This document shows, one piece after another, positions 20,820 to 29,766 of a stretch of DNA of 64,000 nucleotides. Each line of letters starts with the position of its first letter. The stretch's first letter is position 1. Position numbers and translations under genes: made by a program. The notes under the pieces are model-generated. The model was not told the DNA's origin. It searched no databases and was given only the letters and a program-made list of their open reading frames with translations. This stretch comes from Alkalispirochaeta sp. (GTDB lineage: Bacteria > Spirochaetota > Spirochaetia > DSM-27196 > Alkalispirochaetaceae): NCBI GenBank assembly GCA_965601925.1, contig OZ271854.1, positions 1,024,001-1,088,000 on the forward strand, written 5' to 3'.

Positions 20820-21045
20820 GCTCTGTCCTCGCTGTGGATAATATCCTAGTACCTTGCCGGAATACGCGCAAGTGAATGCGACGGATAGGCACGGTCGACC
20901 CAGATCGGTGTGTCGAGGAGGAGCATTGCGACAATACCTCGCCGTCACACCGTGGCGGATGTACTCGGAGCGAGGGGGAGGTGATCGGTCGTCTCCGACG
21001 GCTCACGCCGAGCGGTTACCGAACGACTGCGCGAACTGCGGCCGT

Positions 21046-21555
21046 TCAACCGCGATGTACCCACTCAAGCTCGTTACCGGTTTGCATCTGCACCCTCAGA
21101 CCCAACTGCGCGGCGTGGTGCTGAATATGGCGGGTAACGTACACGTACAGTTCGGCGCGGGTGAACTCCTTTCCCGCAAAGCCGGACGGACCGAAAAGCG
21201 TCTTTTCGGTATCGGAACCGATCACCGCCTCGGCCTTCTCGACGCAGAAATCGAGATAGCGGGCGCACAGCGCGCGGTCATATAGATTGACGGGGGCGTT
21301 CCACTCGAGTTCCTCGTAGTCTTGAAAGAGCGCGGGATGCGCCCGGTGAAAGGACTGTTCCTTGAATCCGGCACCATCCACCTGCAGATAGTAGTCGGTG
21401 AAGAAAAGCGTGTGAAACACCACTTGTGAAAACGGATAATCGCGGTGCGCCTCGTGCCAGTCTTCGCTCGGGCAGCCGACGATACATTGAGACATCGTTG
21501 CCAACGCGGCCTTCATTTGAGCGAGAATCAGAACCTTGTACTCGTCGACGATCAT
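21046..21555 (-). CDS. DinB-family protein
   Basis: QVVFHTLFFTDYYL and RHIQHHAAQL histidine pattern; 169 aa. Confidence 0.75.
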   Translation of the reverse strand: MIVDEYKVLILAQMKAALATMSQCIVGCPSEDWHEAHRDYPFSQVVFHTLFFTDYYLQVDGAGFKEQSFHRAHPALFQDYEELEWNAPVNLYDRALCARYLDFCVEKAEAVIGSDTEKTLFGPSGFAGKEFTRAELYVYVTRHIQHHAAQLGLRVQMQTGNELEWVHRG

Positions 21556-22249
21556 AGGTGTTTAGTGTACACCGACGGGAGTCGGACGGTGTGTTGTGGG
21601 GCGAGATATCCCATAACGGTGGATATTTTGAGCCCGGCGTCCCGCAACTTGTGCAGCACCTCGGTCTCCAACGTCGTTCGCGATACCGCCCTGGTCGCGC
21701 ACGCGACACTAATCGAGGCGACACACTGTGCATCGTGGTTGAGGATCGGTACGGCGACGGCGTGCATTCCCACGACGTGTTCCTGGAGATTCAAGGCGTA
21801 CCCCCGGCTCTTCACAACACGCAAATCGCGCGACAACGCCTCCTTATCGGTGATGGTATGCTCGGTAACGCGTCGCATCGAAAGACCCGTTACGATATGT
21901 TCGAGCGAGGCGTGATCGAGATGAGCCAAGAGTACGTTTCCCGCCGCGGTAGAATGGACATCGGTCTTCACGCCGACGAAGCATGAACATCGCACGGCAC
22001 GCCGAGATATGAGAGCCCGACTTCTACGAGGCCCAACCCGATATCGTACTTTCTGGTGTCCGCGTCCTTCTGGAGGAACTTCAGAGTCGTCAACGTCTTC
22101 ACGTGGTGGTATAGAGACGATTTATTGAAGCCCATCGCCTCCGCGATCTCTTTTATGCTCAAGGGGCGTTTCGCCCGCTGCATCGTCTGTACGATCTCGA
22201 CGGCTTTGCCGATCGTATTCAATTTCAGCGCTCGTTCCACGACGATCAT
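21552..22249 (-). pseudogene. IclR-family regulator with internal deletion and frameshift
   Basis: HTH half (IKEIAEAMGFNKSSLYHHVKTL...YDIGLGL) stops at 21968. The effector-domain half (VHSTAAGNVLLA...RGYALNLQEHVVGMHAVAVPI) continues in another frame from about 21995. Confidence 0.8.
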
Positions 22250-22347
22250 TCCATAGTGCAAAATGCGGATCGAGGGCAAGGACCACGCCGGCGCGTGCCG
22301 GCTGCGTACCGACGGATCGCGTTCACGGTGTGATATGCTTCCATACC

Positions 22348-22752
22348 ATGAAACGTCCGGTACTCGTCGTCGTGTCGATGCTGTGCTACGCAAATCTCGT
22401 GGCGACACCCGCGGATAGCGGTTGCACCTATACGTTTTTCTCCGACGGTGGAACGGCAAGCTCGCGCTGTACCGACGAGACCGGAGTCGAGGCTACGGTG
22501 CGCGTCTATAACCGAGACGGCGAGATCATCGGCGAATGGGGCTTGTTGCGCCGTCCGCGGGCCTCGAACATCGATATGGCGTTTCACCCCGACGGCATGG
22601 TCCGTCGCGTTCGATACACGTGGCAGCCCGACGGCGGGATTCAATGGTACCGCAGCACGACCATCTACGATTCAGACGGAACCATCATCGACTTTCAGGA
22701 GCAGTCGCACGATACGTTCGATCGAATCCGTGCGATCGATCCGTTCGGGTAG
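22348..22752 (+). CDS. Hypothetical secreted protein
   Basis: MKRPVLVVVSMLCYANLVA signal-like start, then beta-hairpin-like YNRDG/FHPDG/YDSDG repeats. Confidence 0.55.
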   Translation: MKRPVLVVVSMLCYANLVATPADSGCTYTFFSDGGTASSRCTDETGVEATVRVYNRDGEIIGEWGLLRRPRASNIDMAFHPDGMVRRVRYTWQPDGGIQWYRSTTIYDSDGTIIDFQEQSHDTFDRIRAIDPFG

Positions 22753-22865
22753 CACGGAGTCGGTACGGGATCCCTCCGCCTGCCGTATCACACGGCGAAT
22801 CGCGACCTCCAGCTTTTACTTGTCCGGACCGATCACTTTTTTTATCCTTTCGGTGGAAACGAACG

Positions 22866-23588
22866 ATGAATATACAAAACTTATTGAACCAATTCGTCGG
22901 CACGGGCGAGACGGGTTCACCATCATCCACGTCGGGCCGAAGTGTGCGCGACACGATCGGCAATGTAACGAGCCAGATTCCCGGCGGAGTCGCGGGCGGT
23001 GCGGCCGCCGGTGGTATTATGGCGCTCATCGTGGGCAACAAGTCGGCGCGTAAATTCGCCGGCAAAGCGGCGACGTACGGCGGTCTTGCCGTTCTGGGCG
23101 GTCTTGCATACAAAGGCTATCAAAACTGGAAGCACAATCAGACCGTCGAGAAGGCGCAAACCGCAACGGTGTCGGACATCGACGCACCCCACGAGGCGTA
23201 CATGCCCGACGCCGAAGCCGCGGGCCCGCCTCTCGAGCTTACCCTCATAAAGGCGATGATCGCCGCCGCTAAAGCGGACGGTCACATCGACGCGGACGAA
23301 CAGACGAGAATCTTCGATGCGGTGGAACGGATGAATCTGCCGGCGGATCAAAAGGGAATCGTCTTCGACTATCTTCGGAGCGACATCTCGGCCCGGGAGA
23401 TCGCCTCGGCGGTCACGAGCTTGGAGCACAAGTCCGAGGTCTACTTGGCATCGTGCTTGGCTATCGATCCCGACCACCCTCGGGAGCGCGCCTACCTGGA
23501 CGAGCTTGCCGCGGCACTCCATCTCCCCGAGGGGTTACAGGATCATCTGGAGGTTCAAGCGGCGAGAGGACTGTCCGGAATCGAATAG
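22866..23588 (+). CDS. DUF533/YebE-like (TerB-family) membrane protein
   Basis: GGLAVLGGLAYKGYQNW, LIKAMIAAAKADGHID, EVYLASCLAID...ERAYLDELA. Confidence 0.85.
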   Translation: MNIQNLLNQFVGTGETGSPSSTSGRSVRDTIGNVTSQIPGGVAGGAAAGGIMALIVGNKSARKFAGKAATYGGLAVLGGLAYKGYQNWKHNQTVEKAQTATVSDIDAPHEAYMPDAEAAGPPLELTLIKAMIAAAKADGHIDADEQTRIFDAVERMNLPADQKGIVFDYLRSDISAREIASAVTSLEHKSEVYLASCLAIDPDHPRERAYLDELAAALHLPEGLQDHLEVQAARGLSGIE

Positions 23589-23809
23589 ACGTGGCCGCAC
23601 CGGTTTCGGCCGGGACCATGGTCAAGAGCGGCTCGGTGTGTAGTGGATAACGGTACGCCGCACCGTCCGCCGAGCACACATCGCCCGACCTGTCTCCGAG
23701 TACGCGGACGGCGGTGACGGTCGAGACGAGCGGTCCGACGGTGGAGCAAACACTCCATGACGAAATAGCATTCTGACTCTTTAATAAATAAAAGATTATT
23801 GATAAAGAA

Positions 23810-23838
23810 TTGACAGCGGAATGGTCTCGGCATACCCT
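23810..23838 (+). promoter_or_regulatory. Sigma70-type promoter of the lipoprotein gene
   Basis: TTGACA (23810-15), 17-nt spacer, TACCCT (23833-38); preceded by an AT-rich UP-like tract at about 23778-23809. Confidence 0.6.
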
Positions 23839-23901
23839 GAAACATTGAAAGAGCCGGAATAGCCGGCACATACCTCACCACAATAGTAAGGAGTAGTCAC
23901 C

Positions 23902-24681
23902 ATGCGTACTTTTATGACCATCTTGGTGTCTGTCGTCGTCGTAGTAGCTCTCGCGAGTTGCGGAAGTGACGCCGCAGCACCGACCGGATTCGCTCCGGGC
24001 CAAAGTGTCGAGGCATATGCATACGTGCACGGCGGATACGTCGGCCAGGCCGTCGTTACCACCGATGCCGACGGCGCATTTGAGGTAACCGTCGACGAGG
24101 CGTTTCTTCCCCATTCATTAGCGATCGTCGACCTCGAGTCCGCCGATTGGAATGAGAATAACACTGTGAGCTATGTCGTACGCGGCGATACCGTGTACGT
24201 TGCGCGCCACATCGCCTACGCCGGTACCAATTATGTCGGCACGACGGTCGGCACGACGCTCGTGTACGTAGAGGCCGACGAGGCCGGTAATCCCGCGGGT
24301 AACACCGCACTGGAGATGATGATCATCCGTAATGAGGGGAACATGGCCGCGTGGTTTGCAAATGCCGCCGCGGGCGAATTTGAGATCTTTACCGAGTTCG
24401 GCGGCACCCCCATTCCCGTCACCACGACCCCGTACGGCGGAGTTACCAAACGAGGTTCGGAGTACTGGAACTTCGGCATCGGATGGCACGGCAACATCGA
24501 CGCAATCGGTGACGCGGCCGAGCAGTACGGCGTAGCGTTCACCGTCGATGAGATGACCCGCGGCGGCGACAACCAATGGCGCCTCGCAGACGCCACGACC
24601 GCCGCTACCGCGGTAGATTTCAGGGATTACTTCGGCCTTATTCAACGCGCCGTCGCGCGCTTAGAGATGACCACCGAGTGA
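23902..24681 (+). CDS. Lipoprotein with possible extracytoplasmic FMN-binding-like C-terminus
   Basis: SD TAAGGAG; lipobox VALASC; C-terminal WHGNIDAI...LADATTAATAVDFRDYFGL. Confidence 0.7.
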   Translation: MRTFMTILVSVVVVVALASCGSDAAAPTGFAPGQSVEAYAYVHGGYVGQAVVTTDADGAFEVTVDEAFLPHSLAIVDLESADWNENNTVSYVVRGDTVYVARHIAYAGTNYVGTTVGTTLVYVEADEAGNPAGNTALEMMIIRNEGNMAAWFANAAAGEFEIFTEFGGTPIPVTTTPYGGVTKRGSEYWNFGIGWHGNIDAIGDAAEQYGVAFTVDEMTRGGDNQWRLADATTAATAVDFRDYFGLIQRAVARLEMTTE

Positions 24682-24691
24682 ATCCAACGTT

Positions 24692-24758
24692 GTGCGATCG
24701 CTATCGCACGAAACCGACGCAGACATGACGAGCCGTCCGGTGATAAGCCGGGCGGCTC
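24692..24758. terminator. Two GC-rich hairpins between convergent genes (possible terminator)
   Basis: GTGCGAT/ATCGCAC (24692-24709) and GAGCCGTCCGG/CCGGGCGGCTC (24730-24758); no clear U-tract. Confidence 0.4.
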
Positions 24759-24774
24759 TATGCACGCCGCCGGC

Positions 24775-25404
24775 TCATCCCCCGTGCGCTTTCCACGAAG
24801 AGTCCGCAATCGTGTGACTATCGAAGCGTGCCTGAAACGATCCTCGGGTCGGGCTGCAGGCGTACACACCGAAGCGCACAGGTTTTTCCGGCGCCGCAGG
24901 AGGATCCTGCCTCCCCATATCGGCGGTTGTCTCGCCGAGAGCGTGGAGGTGGAAGATGCGCATCTGCGTATAGAGGACACCGTCCGGTGAAGACTCGACG
25001 AGAAAATCGGGACCGCGGCGGCTCACTCGGTACCACCGGACCGATACCGGCTCGATATCCGTCGTCGCCCAATCGGAATAGCCGAGGTTGGTTACTACGC
25101 TTCCCAAACGCCACGACGCATCACACTCGATGCCGACTTTGCACCAGTTTTCGCTGTCGATGTATACGATGACGCCGCACTGGTCAAAGAGATCCCCGTA
25201 CTCAAAGGATACCCGAGTGGTGAATGAAAAATTCGCATCGCTCTCCACGAGCAGCGCGGGCGCATTGTCGTTACGGAAACCGTAGTAACTGCGCTGCCAA
25301 AAGTCGGTACCCGGCTCGGTCGTAATGGTGATCGCATTGGAGGCGACTTCAAAGGTCTTGGGCCGGTGAATCCATTGCGCGTTCGAAAAATCCATTGTGC
25401 TCAT
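24775..25404 (-). CDS. DUF1349 family (ConA-like) protein
   Basis: TDFWQRSYYGFRNDNAP, FDQCG, GSVVTNLGYSDWAT, GVYACSP. Confidence 0.85.
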   Translation of the reverse strand: MSTMDFSNAQWIHRPKTFEVASNAITITTEPGTDFWQRSYYGFRNDNAPALLVESDANFSFTTRVSFEYGDLFDQCGVIVYIDSENWCKVGIECDASWRLGSVVTNLGYSDWATTDIEPVSVRWYRVSRRGPDFLVESSPDGVLYTQMRIFHLHALGETTADMGRQDPPAAPEKPVRFGVYACSPTRGSFQARFDSHTIADSSWKAHGG

Positions 25405-25487
25405 CGTTGCCCCCTTCGGTGTAGGCGTAACTCCGCGCCTCGTTCAGTGCGCTACTCCCGCGATACCACCTGTGATACCGTAATACC

Positions 25488-26417
25488 ATGAACCGTGTCG
25501 ATCGCCTCACCGCGATTCTACTGCATCTTCAAGAGCGGAAGCTCTCGGGTGACGCTCTGGCGCGGCGATTCGAGGTGTCTCGGCGTACCATCATGCGGGA
25601 CATCCAGGCGCTGTGCGAAATGGGTATACCCATCGTCGCGGAAGCGGGTCCGTCCGGCGGCTACTCACTCATCGACTTCACGTTGAAGCCCCTCGCCCTC
25701 AGCCTGCACGAGGCCTTTCTGCTCCAGTTGGCGCTGAATACCTTGGAGGCGTCGGCGCACCTCGCGCGTTCAGCAACACGGCAATCGGTGCAGGCAAAGA
25801 TACGGAGTCTCATGCCGGAGCCGATGAGAACTCGAGTCGATACGTTGATGGTCAACGTTGAGCAGCACGTCCCCGGTGGTGCAGCGGAGATTCCCCTCTT
25901 CGATCCCATTTTGACGGCGATACAAGAGGAACGGTGGATCCGCGTCGAGTATACCTCGATGGAACGCAACTCGATCCAGCTCCTCTATCCGCAAAAGCTC
26001 TCCGCTCGAGACGGGTTCTGGTACCTCAATGCGTATTCTCACGAACGCGGAGAGGAACGCACCTACCGCGTGGACCGTATATCGAGCATGAGCACGGCAC
26101 AACCGCCGACGGGAGGGCAGCGAAGTGTAAACCGACCTTCATACGGCGATCCATCCCTCCCGGAGGTCGTCATCGCCCTCACCCAACGGGGCGTTATGGA
26201 GGTGGAACGCACCTGCTCGTGGGCGATCGTACACAAGACGGAGACCGGCGGAGAACTACGTCTCCGGTGCCCCACGGAAGAGTATCGGTGGCTCAGTCGC
26301 GTCGTGCTCGGCCTAACCGGGGAGGCCGAGGTCCTCTCCCCACCCGAACTGGTCGGCATGGTGTGTCGGAGTGCTCACGAGGTCATTCGCATGTACGGGG
26401 CGACAAAAAACAAGTGA
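25488..26417 (+). CDS. YafY-family HTH-WYL-WCX transcriptional regulator
   Basis: MNRVDRLTAILLHL, LARRFEVSRRTIMRDI, GGYSL, FWYLNAY, RTYRVDRI; C-terminal WCX-like region. Confidence 0.9.
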   Translation: MNRVDRLTAILLHLQERKLSGDALARRFEVSRRTIMRDIQALCEMGIPIVAEAGPSGGYSLIDFTLKPLALSLHEAFLLQLALNTLEASAHLARSATRQSVQAKIRSLMPEPMRTRVDTLMVNVEQHVPGGAAEIPLFDPILTAIQEERWIRVEYTSMERNSIQLLYPQKLSARDGFWYLNAYSHERGEERTYRVDRISSMSTAQPPTGGQRSVNRPSYGDPSLPEVVIALTQRGVMEVERTCSWAIVHKTETGGELRLRCPTEEYRWLSRVVLGLTGEAEVLSPPELVGMVCRSAHEVIRMYGATKNK

Positions 26418-26448
26418 CATAGGGTTGTCACCGTCTCCGGTGTACGCT
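26414..26448 (+). promoter_or_regulatory. Candidate WYL operator/promoter
   Basis: GTGACA-TAGGGT-TGTCAC (26414-31), 11 nt, then TACGCT (26443-48). Confidence 0.65.
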
Positions 26449-26484
26449 TCCCATGTTCGCCCGAGCGGCGGGCAAGGAGGAAGA

Positions 26485-27435
26485 ATGAAACGATTATCGA
26501 AGGAACGATTCGGTGCCGCCGAACGATTTCTGCTGCATGAAGCGCGCGATGTAGAGCGAGCACTCTTCCGCTTCCAATTCGGCGGAGGACGACGAGACGA
26601 TGTTCTTACGGCGCTTGCGGAGTATCAGAACGACGACGGCGGCTTCGGACGAGCCATAGAGCCGGACGTGCGTGCGCCCGACTCCTCGCCGTACGCGACT
26701 GAGGTGGGCCTGGCAATCCTGGCGGACACGGGGTGCCCCGGAGATGAGTCCGCGGCGCGACGAGCCGTGCGATATCTGGCGACGCAGTACGATCCGGTCG
26801 AGCGCGGCTGGTCGATACTTCCATCCTCAGCCCAGGACCACCCTCGCGCTCCGTGGTGGGACGATCGGGGCGGTGACGGGCCGTTCGGGAACTTGAGGGA
26901 AACCTTCGACAACTTCGCAATCATCCCGCGTGTACACCTGGTGGATCTTCTCCACCGCTTCGACACCGAAGACTCGATCCCGGATGCCGCATCACTCGTC
27001 GAAAATGTTTTGCGATCAATCGTCGATGCCGACGCCGGGGGCCTTGGCGGGGGTGGAACGGCACTCAGGTCGAGTCTATCGCTGATCGACAATGAGCGCG
27101 TCGTACACCCAATCAAGGATCGCGCGATGGAGCATCTGGAGGGAATGATTCCTCGCGTGCTCTCCTTTGATCCGTCGGAGTGGAACACGTTCTGCGCTGC
27201 GCCGCTCAACGTCTTTCCCACCCCCTCTCCCCTTGTCCAAGGAGCGGTGGCCGAGGCGGTGGAGCGTCACCTCGATTTCGTGGTGGAGTCCCAGCGCGAA
27301 GAAGGGTACTGGGAGCCTACCTGGACCTGGATGGGGTGGTATCCCGACGCGTGGGAGGCGGCACACAAGGAGTGGCGAGGAGTCGTCACCCTGGAGAATC
27401 TACGGATACTCCACGCGTACGGTCGACTGGACTGA
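26485..27435 (+). CDS. Prenyltransferase/squalene-oxidase-repeat (alpha-alpha toroid) protein
   Basis: YQNDDGGFGRAIEPD and SQREEGYW QW-like repeats, HPRAPWW; SD AAGGAGG. Confidence 0.7.
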   Translation: MKRLSKERFGAAERFLLHEARDVERALFRFQFGGGRRDDVLTALAEYQNDDGGFGRAIEPDVRAPDSSPYATEVGLAILADTGCPGDESAARRAVRYLATQYDPVERGWSILPSSAQDHPRAPWWDDRGGDGPFGNLRETFDNFAIIPRVHLVDLLHRFDTEDSIPDAASLVENVLRSIVDADAGGLGGGGTALRSSLSLIDNERVVHPIKDRAMEHLEGMIPRVLSFDPSEWNTFCAAPLNVFPTPSPLVQGAVAEAVERHLDFVVESQREEGYWEPTWTWMGWYPDAWEAAHKEWRGVVTLENLRILHAYGRLD

Positions 27436-27560
27436 GCGAATCGCGCGTAGGAAATCCGGCGGCCGGCGTCCCGCCGGCCCCATGTGGGATCGACGGGGTA
27501 CGTCCCTACCGCGCCGCGCCGGATTGCCGTGCCGACTCCAGGGTGAACCACATCGCTTTA

Positions 27561-27917
27561 CTACTCGCCGTCGCTCACGAGATGTATAATCGACGAAGGA
27601 CTTGAAATCCAAAAGCCCCGTAGCGCATCGGGTAGCTTCTCTATCTCGTCACATCGGGCGATACCGGCGGCTTTGAAGTGGTCTGCCGCCGCCGACACAT
27701 CGTCGGTGACAAGCTCGAGCCAGAGTTCCGCCTGGCTGACCGTTTCTACTTTGTCGATCCACAGCTGGTTGTGACCGAACTGAAATACGACCTCCGGCGC
27801 GTTTTCGGTAATCTCGTCAAGGCCGAGAATATCCCGATAAAAACGCACCGTCGCCTCCCACTGGTGCGGCGGCACTTTGAGAGCGATGTTTCGGCCTCCG
27901 CGAAATGTTCCCGCCAT
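27561..27917 (-). CDS. VOC/glyoxalase-family protein
   Basis: GRNIALKVPPHQWEATVRFYRDILGL...FWISSPSSIIHLV; SD GGAGG. Confidence 0.75.
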   Translation of the reverse strand: MAGTFRGGRNIALKVPPHQWEATVRFYRDILGLDEITENAPEVVFQFGHNQLWIDKVETVSQAELWLELVTDDVSAAADHFKAAGIARCDEIEKLPDALRGFWISSPSSIIHLVSDGE

Positions 27918-27942
27918 CGTTCCTCCCCTTTCATTCATGTGG

Positions 27943-28296
27943 CTACTCTTCCTCAACCAACGCCTTAAGACGCGCGATTGCGTGTTCCCATTGCTTGGAT
28001 GCGCGATCGAGGTAATCACGGGCCTCCACGATCGCCCCGGGATCGAAGACGAATCGGCTCTCACGACCGACGCGCACGCTCATTACAATACCGGCCCGTT
28101 CCAGAATGCGGAGGTGCTTCGTCACTCCCTGCCGCGTAATACCGACGCCCTCGGTCAACTGGACGATGGAGCGCGGTTTCCCATCGCCGAGGCGTGAGAC
28201 GAGGGCAAGGCGCGTCGCATCGCCGAGGGCGGCGAACACCGGAGCGGGATCCGCAACGGCGGCCGAAGAACCGGCCCCGAACTCACGATTCGACAT
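27943..28296 (-). CDS. ArsR/SmtB-family regulator
   Basis: VFAALGDATRL, ITRQGVTKHLRILERAG, GRES. Confidence 0.85.
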   Translation of the reverse strand: MSNREFGAGSSAAVADPAPVFAALGDATRLALVSRLGDGKPRSIVQLTEGVGITRQGVTKHLRILERAGIVMSVRVGRESRFVFDPGAIVEARDYLDRASKQWEHAIARLKALVEEE

Positions 28297-28729
28297 AGGC
28301 GGCGATGTTCTTTGCCTGCTCATTCCACCCTTGCGTGTTCTCGCGAAGTAACTCGATACGGCGGGGATCGGGTACGGAGGCGAAGCCCGACTCGGTGATG
28401 GTAAGGCGCGTTCCATCGCCGGCGGCCTCGAGACGAAACTCCACCAGCATCCGTACGATCTTCGGATCGTCGATGGCCGACTCTATCTCCTCGGAGGGCC
28501 AGTAAAAGGAGAAGAGTCGTTCGTGGTCCATACGGTGGGTTATCGACTCCCACGGCATATCCTCGTAGCCCGGATAGGTCATGCGTCCCCGCGTAATCTC
28601 CCCCACTTTGAACGGTCCGTCGAGCTTCACGCGAAACCAGCGGCCGAACTCCTCGTAATCGGTCAGGGCCCGCCATACCCGCGATATCGGCGCGGCTAAG
28701 TGGACGATTTTTTCGATCTTGTCTTTCAT
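28283..28729 (-). CDS. SRPBCC/AHSA1-domain protein
   Basis: APISRVWRALTD..EFGRWF, GTRLTITESGF, NTQGW. Confidence 0.88.
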   Translation of the reverse strand: MKDKIEKIVHLAAPISRVWRALTDYEEFGRWFRVKLDGPFKVGEITRGRMTYPGYEDMPWESITHRMDHERLFSFYWPSEEIESAIDDPKIVRMLVEFRLEAAGDGTRLTITESGFASVPDPRRIELLRENTQGWNEQAKNIAAYVES

Positions 28730-28732
28730 AAA

Positions 28733-28796
28733 GCAACCTTTCAGTTGCGTTTATGATAACCCAATCGATCGCAAAAAGCAACTGTTTAGTTGCTTT
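28733..28796. promoter_or_regulatory. Two GCAAC-N6-GTTGC palindromes, likely ArsR operators
   Basis: GCAAC CTTTCA GTTGC (28733-48) and AAAGCAACT GTTT AGTTGCTTT (28775-96), directly upstream of the SRPBCC-ArsR-VOC operon. Confidence 0.7.
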
Positions 28797-28834
28797 ATGT
28801 GCGACACATTCACGTCGCACTACGCGGTCGGCCG

Positions 28835-29704
28835 CTACACTCCCGATAAAACCGCCCGAAGAACCTTGCGCCACTCCGGAATTAGGCACAGGTGTCCGAG
28901 TCCGTCAAAGACGCACAGATCGCCCTGCGGCAATCGGTCGCGGTAGTAGGCTCCGTGGTCCGGGGGAACGATGGTATCGCCCCGGGCGTAGAACAACCGA
29001 ACGGGCACTTTGATAGCGGCGAGATCGGGTCGCCACGGGGCGACGTGGGTCGCAATGATGTCGGCCGCCGTTCCACGGGCACCTTGTCGAAACGCCTCGC
29101 GCAACATGTCGACGACGCTTGACTTCGCCTCGAGATCGTCGAGCACCGCTTGGTCGCCGGGACCGCCGGCGATGGAGTACACCGCCTCGTCCGGTTGTGC
29201 GGCGAGCTCGGCGAGCATCGACGTGAGGGTGTGAAACGCCGACGAGGGTCGCCTGCGAAGCTCGCGAATCAACCCACGATGGTGATCGGTCAGCCACGGC
29301 ACCTCGTCGTCGGGCGCCGGAGAGGCGACGACGCCTACCGCCGAGACGAGATCGGGACGGCGAGAGGCGAGCGCCAAGGCACCGACACCGCCGGAGGACC
29401 ATCCGATAATCGGCAGCGGTCCGAGACTCGCCTGCTCCAACGCAACGCCGAGATCGTCGGCGAAGGCGTTCCAGCTCGGCACGACGCCGTCGGCATAGGA
29501 AGAGGAACGTCCGTATCCCGGACGATCGACGACCAAGAGCCTCACGCCGAGTTCGGCAGTTACCGGAGGGTTCGGGTCGAAGAGACGAGAGCCGGGGGCG
29601 GAGGGCAGAAAGAGCACCGGAGTGCCCGAATCGGATCCGAAATGCTCAACGGCGAGAGTCCGTCCGTCCGTCAGGGGCCATAAAAGGGTGTGTTGATCGT
29701 TCAT
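28835..29704 (-). CDS. Alpha/beta hydrolase
   Basis: VDRPGYGRS, GWSSGG nucleophile elbow, D..VP and GLGH catalytic Asp/His. Confidence 0.85.
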   Translation of the reverse strand: MNDQHTLLWPLTDGRTLAVEHFGSDSGTPVLFLPSAPGSRLFDPNPPVTAELGVRLLVVDRPGYGRSSSYADGVVPSWNAFADDLGVALEQASLGPLPIIGWSSGGVGALALASRRPDLVSAVGVVASPAPDDEVPWLTDHHRGLIRELRRRPSSAFHTLTSMLAELAAQPDEAVYSIAGGPGDQAVLDDLEAKSSVVDMLREAFRQGARGTAADIIATHVAPWRPDLAAIKVPVRLFYARGDTIVPPDHGAYYRDRLPQGDLCVFDGLGHLCLIPEWRKVLRAVLSGV

Positions 29705-29711
29705 ACCAAGG

Positions 29712-29747
29712 AGCGTACACGGCAATGGTGACACCATTACGTCACCA
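29712..29747 (-). promoter_or_regulatory. Candidate WYL operator/promoter for the hydrolase
   Basis: TGGTGAC-N8-GTCACCA (29726-47). On the minus strand: TGTCAC, 10 nt, TACGCT, 7 nt, ATG. Confidence 0.65.
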
Positions 29748-29766
29748 ATTGTGATACTTTTTTCGT

